A DNA stretch of 40,672 nt from Bacillota bacterium (lineage in GTDB: Bacteria > Bacillota > Clostridia > DSM-8532), in assembly GCA_023410885.1 (NCBI GenBank), contig JAEYPI010000050.1, positions 1 through 40,672 of the forward strand, given 5' to 3'. This document shows, piece by piece, positions 33,837-40,672 of the stretch (within the stretch, counting starts at the first letter, position 1; the number at the start of each line of letters is the position of its first letter). The notes beneath the pieces were generated by a model. The model had not been told where the DNA came from. It saw only the letters and a list, made by a program, of their open reading frames with translations, and searched no databases. The position numbers and the translations under genes were made by a program.

Positions 33837-36269
33837 ATGACAAAGACAACAATTAAAAGTAAAGTATACATAGGTTTTATTTTTCTGGTTGTTCTATCAG
33901 TCCTTTTAGTGGGTGTTATTTCCTGGTTTGCAGGAGGCTATGTGCTCGAAGGTGCGAGAGAAATTCGCTATAATTCTTCACTCACGCAAAAGGGTGAGGA
34001 GATACGCGCCTTATCCGATGAAAAACACAATCTTCTCTTGCAAGGTTTGCTGGAAAAACAGGAGATTTCCGCAGCAATTTCCAAAACCGACCAGGCAATT
34101 GACAATGCCTGTGCCACCCTTCTTTCTGAACTATCAGCCTTTGATGTCGCATCCAGTGAGGAGGCCGGAAAGGCCCAAACTTTAATCCAGTCCATTCTTG
34201 AGAAGGAAAAAGCCATAACTGAAATCTACAATCGCATGATTGCGCCAACTATAACAGGAGCTGATGAAGAGAAGCTCGAAGCCGCTATTGAAGATGCAGT
34301 ATCTTCACTGGCACTTTTATCCAACGATCTATCATCACAAAGCCAAACATATACTGAAAAGCTGCTCGCCGGTGTTAAGGCCGTGGAAGATGAGCTTTTA
34401 AACAATAGTGCGGTCGTTCAGGAGATTCTTGGACAAGCTCAGCAAGACTTGGTTTCAACACAGAATTTTCACCAGAAATTAGAGAAGCATAGGGTAAAAA
34501 CAGAGGAGCTTCTTGCCCTTCATCAATCTAGTATTGATACCTTAACTGAGCTTGCTGAAAAGGCTGTGCAAGCAACTATGCTACCTGCCTTAGAGGCCTC
34601 TCAACTTCCTGTCATTGATTTTTCCCAATCCATTGCCGAGCAAGCAAAAGAGGCAGAGGCTGTCATGTCCACTCTATCCGAGCTCTTAGTGTTTGAAGAA
34701 GCCTTGGCTGCTCAAATATCGGGACTTAATACCTCCTTTGAGCAGATAGATTTATCCGCTCTTCAGGAGCTTATCGACCAAAGTAAAGCCATTGAAAAAG
34801 CACGCGTTCTGGCTCTTGAGCTTCAGGCCAAGGGCGCCATGGCTGTACAAACAGGTAACCTCACAGCGCTTGAGGAGCTTAACGCAACAAAGATGCCTGA
34901 ATTGAAAACGGTACTGCAGCAAGCCATACCACCTAATAATCCCGGCCCTGACCAGTTAGATCAAGCCGCTTTGGCCATGGAGCAGGCTATTGTTAGCCTT
35001 AAGGCCGTCAAATCCGACCAAAAGCACGAGGGTGTGCAGCAAATTAAGGCGAAACGTAATGAACTAACGCCTCAGATTCAGGAAATGAATCAAATTCTTC
35101 AAACACACTTCGAAGCGAATATTACAGCTACCCAAAATGTAGAGGCCTTTATCATCCAGTCCCTCATCATACTTGCGGTCATTTCCTTATTGGTGGGTGT
35201 CTTGATGGCTTTCATTGTGTCTTCTTCTATTGTTAAGCCTATTCGACAAATGACAGGATTGCTCAAGAAGGCTGAACAGGGGGATATGAAGTCCCGAATT
35301 GATACCCCCATGGCCCGTGAGTTTTCACAGATGGCTCAAAGTGTCAATCATGTTTTGGATACACGGGAGCAGATTCTAAATGAAGCTCTTGCCGTCAACG
35401 ATTCTATCTCCATGATGCGTTCCCAGTTATCGGGGAGCTTCATGCAGAACAAGGAGCTGTTGAAGAATATGGCTCAGGGCATGGAGGATCTCTTAAAGTC
35501 GGTGAGGTCAAAGCCCATGGCCGTAAAGAGTGCAGAAGTGCTTGAGTCGGTTGAGCTTGACGCGGCGGTCACTCAGGAAGCTATCGACGTTACTGAAAGA
35601 AGTAAGCAAACGGCTCAAGAAGCAAAGGAAGCAATTATAAAGGCCTCGGTAACGGTTAAGGATATAGCAAAGCAAATTGAGCAGCTGGAGGGTTCCTCAG
35701 GCAAGATTGAGGAGATTACCAATACCATCACACAGATTGCTAAACGAACCAATCTGCTGGCTTTAAATGCAGCCATTGAGGCCGCTAAAGCCGGGGAGCA
35801 GGGCAGGGGCTTTGCTGTTTTGGCCGATGAAATCAGAAAATTGGCCGATGCCAGCGGCAATGCCGCAAAGGCCATTAAAATACAGCTTACTGACATTCAG
35901 GATCGCATTCAGCTCACCGTCCAGAACATGGACGAGGGTGTCAGTGGTGTGGAGCAAGGTGCCAAGGGTATTACCGATGTTCATCAATCCATTGAGGATA
36001 TTACTGAGCGGGTACGTCAGGTTTTGGGAACGCTGGACGATTATGCTCAAAAAAGCAACAAGCAGCTTATGGCCAACCAACAGCTTATGGAAACCATTAG
36101 CACCCTGAACCAGACTACCGACGCCTTGTATGAAACCGGTCAGAGCATGGATTTAAAGCTGAAGGACTCAAAAACCAATATTACTGAGATGGAGCGTATC
36201 GAAAGCATGCTTCATTCCGCTTCCACAAGGCTCAATGGTATATTGAACCAATATAAAGGGAAAGCTTAG
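33837..36269 (+). CDS. Methyl-accepting chemotaxis protein with a ~400-aa extracytoplasmic helical domain.
   Basis: Two TM segments (codons near 33870-33940 and 35145-35230), HAMP ('[25 protein letters not shown]') and the signalling core '[34 protein letters not shown]'. ATG 33837 fits the RBS spacing better than 33831. Confidence 0.9.
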   Translation: MTKTTIKSKVYIGFIFLVVLSVLLVGVISWFAGGYVLEGAREIRYNSSLTQKGEEIRALSDEKHNLLLQGLLEKQEISAAISKTDQAIDNACATLLSELSAFDVASSEEAGKAQTLIQSILEKEKAITEIYNRMIAPTITGADEEKLEAAIEDAVSSLALLSNDLSSQSQTYTEKLLAGVKAVEDELLNNSAVVQEILGQAQQDLVSTQNFHQKLEKHRVKTEELLALHQSSIDTLTELAEKAVQATMLPALEASQLPVIDFSQSIAEQAKEAEAVMSTLSELLVFEEALAAQISGLNTSFEQIDLSALQELIDQSKAIEKARVLALELQAKGAMAVQTGNLTALEELNATKMPELKTVLQQAIPPNNPGPDQLDQAALAMEQAIVSLKAVKSDQKHEGVQQIKAKRNELTPQIQEMNQILQTHFEANITATQNVEAFIIQSLIILAVISLLVGVLMAFIVSSSIVKPIRQMTGLLKKAEQGDMKSRIDTPMAREFSQMAQSVNHVLDTREQILNEALAVNDSISMMRSQLSGSFMQNKELLKNMAQGMEDLLKSVRSKPMAVKSAEVLESVELDAAVTQEAIDVTERSKQTAQEAKEAIIKASVTVKDIAKQIEQLEGSSGKIEEITNTITQIAKRTNLLALNAAIEAAKAGEQGRGFAVLADEIRKLADASGNAAKAIKIQLTDIQDRIQLTVQNMDEGVSGVEQGAKGITDVHQSIEDITERVRQVLGTLDDYAQKSNKQLMANQQLMETISTLNQTTDALYETGQSMDLKLKDSKTNITEMERIESMLHSASTRLNGILNQYKGKA

Positions 36270-36328
36270 TGAACCAAAGGCGTTCCGGTAAAGGAATTTA
36301 AGGTTATTCACTAAAAACACAGAGAAAA

Positions 36329-36384
36329 GGGGATATTCCGCAGCTAGAACCATCAACCTCAGACAGCGGAGATATCTCCTTTTA
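36329..36384 (+). terminator. Probable terminator after the MCP gene.
   Basis: Imperfect stem ggggatattccgc (36329-36341) / gcggagatatctcc (36366-36379) with one bulge and a 24-nt loop, followed by TTTT. Confidence 0.45.
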
Positions 36385-36483
36385 GTTTCAAATAATATCC
36401 TGTTGTAGGATTGGGTGTTTCCTAAAAGGGCCTGTTAGCGTATAATTTTGAATACTGTAACGAATTAAATAGAAGGAGAAACT

Positions 36484-37845
36484 ATGGTTAAGCAACATGA
36501 GCTATTAGAAATAGAGATTACAAGCATGACCCATGAGGGCATGGGTGTGGGTAAAAAGGACGGCTTTGCTGTTTTCGTGCAAGGCGCTATTGAAGGAGAG
36601 CGGGTCAGGGCCAAGGTGATCAAGGTCCTCAAAAGCTATGCCATCGCCCGGGTCGAGGAATTCCTCGAAAAAAGCCCCCATCGGACGGAAGCCTTTTGTC
36701 CCGTCTATAAGCGCTGCGGCGGCTGCAGCCTGCAGCACATGTCCTATGAAAAGACCCTGACCTTTAAGCGTCAGGTTGTGGTGGATAATTTAACCCGGAT
36801 CGGCGGTCTTTCCGATTTGGTTATTCACGAGACCCTGGGTATGAACGATCCCCGGAACTATCGAAATAAAGCACAGTATCCTGTCGGCATGGGCAGAAAC
36901 GGCGTAGTGGCAGGTTTTTTTGCAAGGCGCAGCCATGAAATTGTAGATACATCTCAATGTGATATTCAGCATCCCCTAAGTGACAAGGCCAAAGAGATTG
37001 TAATGGGCTATGTCCAAGCACTCAATATCCCTGTTTATAATGAGGTGACAGGCCAGGGCCTCATCCGTCATGTTGTAACCAAGGTTGGCTTTAATACCGG
37101 GGAAATCATGGTCATTATCGTTGCCACACGTCCTGAGCTACCCAAGCTTAACAAGCTCCTTTATCGCCTAAAAAGGGATATTCCCGGTCTGGCCAGCGTG
37201 ATCCTCAATGTGAATGCCAAGCCCGGAAATGTGGTATTGGGTAACAGGAATATAACGCTTTTTGGCAAGGATACCATTGAGGATACCCTTGGAAATCTGA
37301 CCTTTGAAATATCCCCCCTTTCCTTCTATCAGGTCAATTCTGTACAAACCGAGGTGCTCTATCAAAAGGCCATTGAATATGCTAATTTGCAAGGCCATGA
37401 AACGGTTTTTGATCTTTATTGCGGTATTGGCACCATCAGCCTTTTTGCAGCTGCGAAAGCCAAAAAGGTCATTGGGGTAGAGGTTGAGCCCGAAGCCATC
37501 GAAGCGGCAAAAAATAACGCTAAACGAAATGACATAGCGAACACCGAATTCCACTTGGGTGAGGTTGAAAAGGCGGTCCCCGATCTTTATGAAAAGGGTG
37601 AGAAGGCCGATGTGGTATTCATTGACCCACCACGCAAGGGCTGTGACGAGGCCCTGCTAAAAACGCTGGTGGACATGTCCCCCAGCCGCATTGTCTATGT
37701 CTCCTGCAACCCTTCTACCTTGGCACGAGACTTGAAGTATTTAACCGGAGCGGGCTTTGAGGTTAAGGAGGTACAGCCTGTAGATATGTTTCCTTGGACG
37801 GAACATGTTGAGACAGTAGTATTGATGTCACAAAACGATAAATAA
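36484..37845 (+). CDS. rlmD: 23S rRNA (uracil-C5)-methyltransferase, RumA/RlmD (RlmCD) family, with TRAM domain and an Fe-S cluster.
   Basis: TRAM N-terminus 'IEITSMTHEGMGVGK...VRAKVIKV', Cys cluster 'CPVYKRCGGCSLQH', SAM motif 'DLYCGIGTISL', 'DPPRKG', 'VYVSCNPSTLARD'. Confidence 0.9.
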   Translation: MVKQHELLEIEITSMTHEGMGVGKKDGFAVFVQGAIEGERVRAKVIKVLKSYAIARVEEFLEKSPHRTEAFCPVYKRCGGCSLQHMSYEKTLTFKRQVVVDNLTRIGGLSDLVIHETLGMNDPRNYRNKAQYPVGMGRNGVVAGFFARRSHEIVDTSQCDIQHPLSDKAKEIVMGYVQALNIPVYNEVTGQGLIRHVVTKVGFNTGEIMVIIVATRPELPKLNKLLYRLKRDIPGLASVILNVNAKPGNVVLGNRNITLFGKDTIEDTLGNLTFEISPLSFYQVNSVQTEVLYQKAIEYANLQGHETVFDLYCGIGTISLFAAAKAKKVIGVEVEPEAIEAAKNNAKRNDIANTEFHLGEVEKAVPDLYEKGEKADVVFIDPPRKGCDEALLKTLVDMSPSRIVYVSCNPSTLARDLKYLTGAGFEVKEVQPVDMFPWTEHVETVVLMSQNDK

Positions 37846-37866
37846 TAGGCCAGTAAAGGAAAATCA

Positions 37867-37918
37867 AAGGTTTCCAGACTTTCGGTATTGATTGCTGATA
37901 GCTGGGAACCTTATTTTT
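37867..37918 (+). terminator. Intrinsic terminator after rlmD.
   Basis: 11-bp stem aaggtttccag (37867-37877) / ctgggaacctt (37902-37912, one G-T pair) with a 24-nt loop, followed by ATTTTTCT. Confidence 0.55.
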
Positions 37919-37965
37919 CTATCTTTAATTGTAGCCCCGGTTTAAGAGTATTCTTGGGTGGAGGC

Positions 37966-38632
37966 CATGGAACTGCTGGAGCTATTGTTATTTGTGTGGT
38001 TCGGCCTTACCTGGTCAAGAGTTATATTAACAGACAAATTCTAGGATCTGGCGTCAGGGCCAAACAGCTGAAACGGTTGTGGTGCAGCACATCGTTACCA
38101 AAGGAACTATAGTAGAAATGTGCAAAATGGAATTCTCTGCACTGCGTGAAGAGCTTGGTAAAATAACAAATAGCTGCGGAAAATCCATTATAGAGATGCT
38201 CGCGGCTTCTTTGGATATTGGATCCTTATAATGAATATTAGATTCATTTAATCTAAAGATTTTAAGTTATTTAAGCCAGCATGTAAGATACGTGCAAAAA
38301 TACTTAACCTTCGAGGTGAGTAATAGGCTTAATGCAGAGGACGGGGAAGATGTTAAGAGGCATTTTGTAATGAAAAACTACTTATTGGATTATTGGGGTG
38401 ATGGAAAGGAATATTACCGTCCTACCACAGCTAGAATAATCTCAGCTATTTATACAAAGGAAGGGAAAGCAACGAACAGCAAATCCAATTGGAGATTGAA
38501 CCTGGTAATCTAAAGGAAGATGGAAGGATTTTATTACTTCCAAGTTTAACAAATATCTACGGCTTAAATTACAGTTATCCACGCCTACCCATAGTATATA
38601 TTGGGGAGGATGAATGGGTAGGAACTAATTAA
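37966..38632 (+). other. String of short, start-less or stop-interrupted reading frames. Probably a decayed gene or genes of unknown family.
   Basis: A 25-codon ORF runs 37966-38043 (MELLELLLFVWFGLTWSRVILTDKF*). Frame 0 is open 38031-38228, ends in the tandem stops TAA TGA (38229-38234), then is open again 38235-38513. Another frame is open ~38432-38632 ('...IQLEIEPGNLKEDGRILLLPSLTNIYGLNYSYPRLPIVYIGEDEWVGTN*') without a start codon. Confidence 0.3.
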
Positions 38633-38663
38633 AACCTATACAAACAAATAGGTAAGTATGATA

Positions 38664-38708
38664 AAAGGGCTGAGCGCATCATTTCAACATTGCTTTCAGC
38701 CCTTTTTC
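38664..38708. terminator. Hairpin with flanking A- and T-runs (a bidirectional-type terminator).
   Basis: Stem gggctga (38667-38673) / tcagccc (38696-38702), preceded by aaaa and followed by ttttt. Confidence 0.55.
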
Positions 38709-38754
38709 TTATTTTGTCATAAGTATGGAATTATGCTTTCTTATACTTTAGAAT

Positions 38755-39012
38755 GTAAGCGTCAAATAAAACAGTGCCTAATACAAGCCGAAAGTTGATT
38801 TCAATGATCACTTTTCGGCTTTGTTGCAGAATGTCTGTACTTCTGGATTCCATGGAAGGAAATCTTCAAGAAAAGCTGGTTCCTCATCGAACCGTACCCA
38901 TGCATCAAGAATTGGTTTCAAACGTTCGTGACGTTGTTTTTCCTTCTCAGCAGGCGTTAGATTTTCTATCTCATCCTCTATTTTAAAAAGTTTTTTGCAA
39001 TACAGGATTTTT
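38755..39012 (-). mobile_element. IS66-family insertion sequence remnant: the right end plus an internally deleted, start-less transposase fragment.
   Basis: Minus-strand translation '...KIEDEIENLTPAEKEKQRHERLKPILDAWVRFDEEPAFLEDFLPWNPEVQTFCNKAEK*' (stop at 38808-38810) resembles two separate IS66 TnpC segments: '..R.E.SKPILDAF..WL' and the C-terminal '..LLPWN....C'. The plus-strand GTAAGCG at 38755-38761 lies ~50 nt beyond the stop and matches the usual IS66 terminal-repeat tip. Confidence 0.5.
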
Positions 39013-39058
39013 TATGTCGCAATTTGTCATTGATAGTTGTTTTCAGAAAGATCATTTA

Positions 39059-39067
39059 TGGTATAAT
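39059..39067 (+). promoter_or_regulatory. Extended -10 element (TGgTATAAT), a candidate promoter for the MATE gene.
   Basis: TG at 39059-39060 and TATAAT at 39062-39067. There is no good -35 at 17-18 nt. Confidence 0.35.
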
Positions 39068-39085
39068 GATTAAGCTAATTATTTG

Positions 39086-39120
39086 ATGCAATCAAAACTA
39101 AAAGATTGCATTATTTTTAT
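39086..39120 (+). terminator. Terminator-like hairpin plus T-run inside the putative MATE leader.
   Basis: 8-bp stem atgcaatc (39086-39093) / gattgcat (39104-39111) with a 10-nt loop, followed by TATTTTTAT. Confidence 0.4.
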
Positions 39121-39157
39121 GTTATTGACGGGTTAGAAAGGAACTGATTGCAGCAAT

Positions 39158-40525
39158 ATGAGGAAAGCTTCGATTGAAAGGAATCTCACTGAAGGTAACG
39201 TTGCTAAACTTCTAATACAGTTTGCATTGCCTTTTATGTTTTCAAATCTCATACAAAGTCTTTACAACGTAGCAGATATGTTGATAGTTGGTATTTACTC
39301 GGGGACTGCTGCCATTTCCGGGGTGAATATAGGCGGGCAGGTTACACTTATTTTGACGAATATTATTGTTGGACTGACAGTTGGTGGTACCGTTATTATT
39401 GGTCAGTATCTGGGCTCTGGAGATAGAAAGGGCGTAAAAGAAACAATTAGTACATTGCTCACTTTTCTTATTATTGTTGGTATTGCCTTAACCGTTATCA
39501 TGTTGATTCTTTCAGATGAAGTACTCAGGTTAATGCAAACACCACAGGAGTCCTATCAGCAGGCAAGGGATTATCTTGATGTTACCCTGCTGGGAACGGT
39601 ATTTATTTTCGGATATAATGCATTTTCTGCTATTCTGAGAGCTTTTGGTGATAGTAGAAGACCCTTGATTTTCGTATCCATAGCCTGCACAATCAATGTC
39701 GTTCTGGATCTATTGCTTGTTGGCGTATTTGGCATGGAAGCAAAGGGTGCAGCGATCGCAACTGTTATTTCACAGGCGATTAGCATGATTTTATGTATTA
39801 TTTACTTGATAAAAAGTGATTTTGTATTTGATTTTAAGCTTAGGTCATTTAAATTCATCAAAGAACGGTTCACTACAATTATACGGGTAGGTATACCAAT
39901 TTCGATCCAGAACGTTATTGTAAACTTATCATTTCTAGTGCTTACTACCATTGCGAATGGTATGGGCGTAAATGAATCCGCAGCCGTCGGTATTGTCGGT
40001 AAATATAATGGTTTTGCAATATTACCAGCCATTGCGGTTGGCTCTTCGGTCTCTGCAATGGTTGCTCAGAACATGGGCGCAGGAGCAATTGATCGCGCCA
40101 AAAAGACATTCTATACCGGTTTTACGCTTGCTTTTTCAATTACCTTTATAGTATTTGTTATTACACAAGTATTCCCTGAACAGATCTTATCTGTTTTTGA
40201 TGATGATCCGAATACGATTTCTGCCGGGGTAGAGTATATCAGGAGTTTTTCTTTTGATTACCTGATTGTACCTGCTACATTCTGTTTGAATGGCCTTGTT
40301 ACGGGTTCAGGACATACAATTATATCGTCAATATGCGGAATTCTGTCATCAATTGGTTTCCGTGTCCCCATGGCGATACTTCTTGGATTGGTTATGCAAA
40401 AAGGATTGTGGGGGTTGGGACTTGCAGCACCTATCGCCAGCTTAGCTTCCGGTTTGATTCTACTGATTTATTACGCTACGGGAAAATGGAAAAAGAATAA
40501 GGTTATCAAACATGCAGAATTGTAA
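39158..40525 (+). CDS. MATE family efflux transporter.
   Basis: 'LLIQFALPFMFSNLIQSLYNVADMLIVG' is the typical MATE N-terminus. There are twelve hydrophobic spans with a duplicated 6+6 organisation, in 455 aa. Confidence 0.9.
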   Translation: MRKASIERNLTEGNVAKLLIQFALPFMFSNLIQSLYNVADMLIVGIYSGTAAISGVNIGGQVTLILTNIIVGLTVGGTVIIGQYLGSGDRKGVKETISTLLTFLIIVGIALTVIMLILSDEVLRLMQTPQESYQQARDYLDVTLLGTVFIFGYNAFSAILRAFGDSRRPLIFVSIACTINVVLDLLLVGVFGMEAKGAAIATVISQAISMILCIIYLIKSDFVFDFKLRSFKFIKERFTTIIRVGIPISIQNVIVNLSFLVLTTIANGMGVNESAAVGIVGKYNGFAILPAIAVGSSVSAMVAQNMGAGAIDRAKKTFYTGFTLAFSITFIVFVITQVFPEQILSVFDDDPNTISAGVEYIRSFSFDYLIVPATFCLNGLVTGSGHTIISSICGILSSIGFRVPMAILLGLVMQKGLWGLGLAAPIASLASGLILLIYYATGKWKKNKVIKHAEL

Positions 40526-40672
40526 TCGAGAGAAATAGCCGATCGCACTGCTTTGAAGGTTCAGAGAAGTTTTTGGATGATGATCTTCGTACTTGCTTTG
40601 ATATGGGTTATGGGAATCCAGATGATTTAATTGTTGATGCAACCAAGTCCAAATTGTGACGGCGGCCTTAAT

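Noticed and set aside
37888-38112. 74-aa plus-strand ORF (TTG start) just after the rlmD terminator.
   Set aside because: It starts within the terminator T-run, lacks an RBS, and its translation is odd and low-complexity (GGGHGTAGAIVICVV). Other frames in the same stretch look at least as coding-like, so I treated it as part of the decayed region.
38774-38986. 70-aa plus-strand ORF.
   Set aside because: It is antisense to the IS66-like transposase fragment, which gives a far more protein-like translation. There is no RBS.
40501-40657. Start-less open frame after the MATE gene ('...HCFEGSEKFLDDDLRTCFDMGYGNPDDLIVDATKSKL*'), and the 60-aa minus-strand ORF 40460-40642.
   Set aside because: The plus frame looks mildly coding, but it has no start codon and no family I can name, and it lies at the window edge. 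The minus ORF overlaps the MATE 3' end and looks random. The evidence is insufficient either way.
1-40672. I searched for rRNA, tRNA, tmRNA, CRISPR arrays, prophage or integrase genes, restriction-modification systems, toxin-antitoxin pairs and other defence-type genes.
   Set aside because: I found no direct-repeat/spacer periodicity and no tRNA-like T-loop or acceptor patterns in the intergenic regions. No ORF has nuclease, helicase, ATPase, integrase or methylase-type motifs other than housekeeping enzymes (RNase HII, YraN, the rRNA/tRNA methyltransferases).

Overview
The window looks like a chromosomal segment of a low-GC Gram-positive bacterium. Its gene order closely follows the Bacillus/Clostridia housekeeping blocks ylxM-ffh-rpsP-ylqC ... 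rplS-ylqF(rbgA)-rnhB-ylqG-ylqH-yraN and rlmN-prpC(stp)-prkC-rsgA-rpe-thiN. I support about 35 intact protein genes, 2 clear gene remnants, 1 IS66-like remnant, several intrinsic terminators and several near-consensus sigma-A promoters. I saw no rRNA, tRNA, CRISPR array, prophage or recognisable defence genes. The less ordinary parts are: (i) positions 1-8290, an eight-gene operon joining a CUT1-type ABC importer to a Gfo/Idh/MocA oxidoreductase, an RDD membrane protein, an Eis-like GNAT and a signal-less NPP-family (type I phosphodiesterase) enzyme, followed by an rpiR-patB pair; (ii) 10691-13279, an 862-aa secreted protein with a tandemly duplicated ~230-aa module (four OB-like barrels) fused to a second NPP catalytic domain, preceded by a long AT-rich leader holding a perfect 21-bp palindrome; (iii) 16958-20692, a patchwork (VOC/PhnB remnant, asd, doubly deleted garR-like remnant, DUF362 gene) sitting where rimM-trmD normally lie between the KH-protein gene and rplS; (iv) 22835-24698, an orphan FliK-like plus FlhB-C-terminal-like pair inside a ribosome-biogenesis operon; (v) 29881-29976, a 48-bp diverged tandem duplication of the prkC 3' end; (vi) 37850-39157, a decayed AT-rich islet with an IS66 end and broken ORFs upstream of a MATE efflux gene. 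I do not see compelling evidence for a discrete new defence- or toxin-type system. The best candidate for undescribed biology is the pairing of the secreted and cytoplasmic NPP enzymes with the importer (1-13279). All functional calls rest on motif recognition by eye and need profile or structure searches to confirm.
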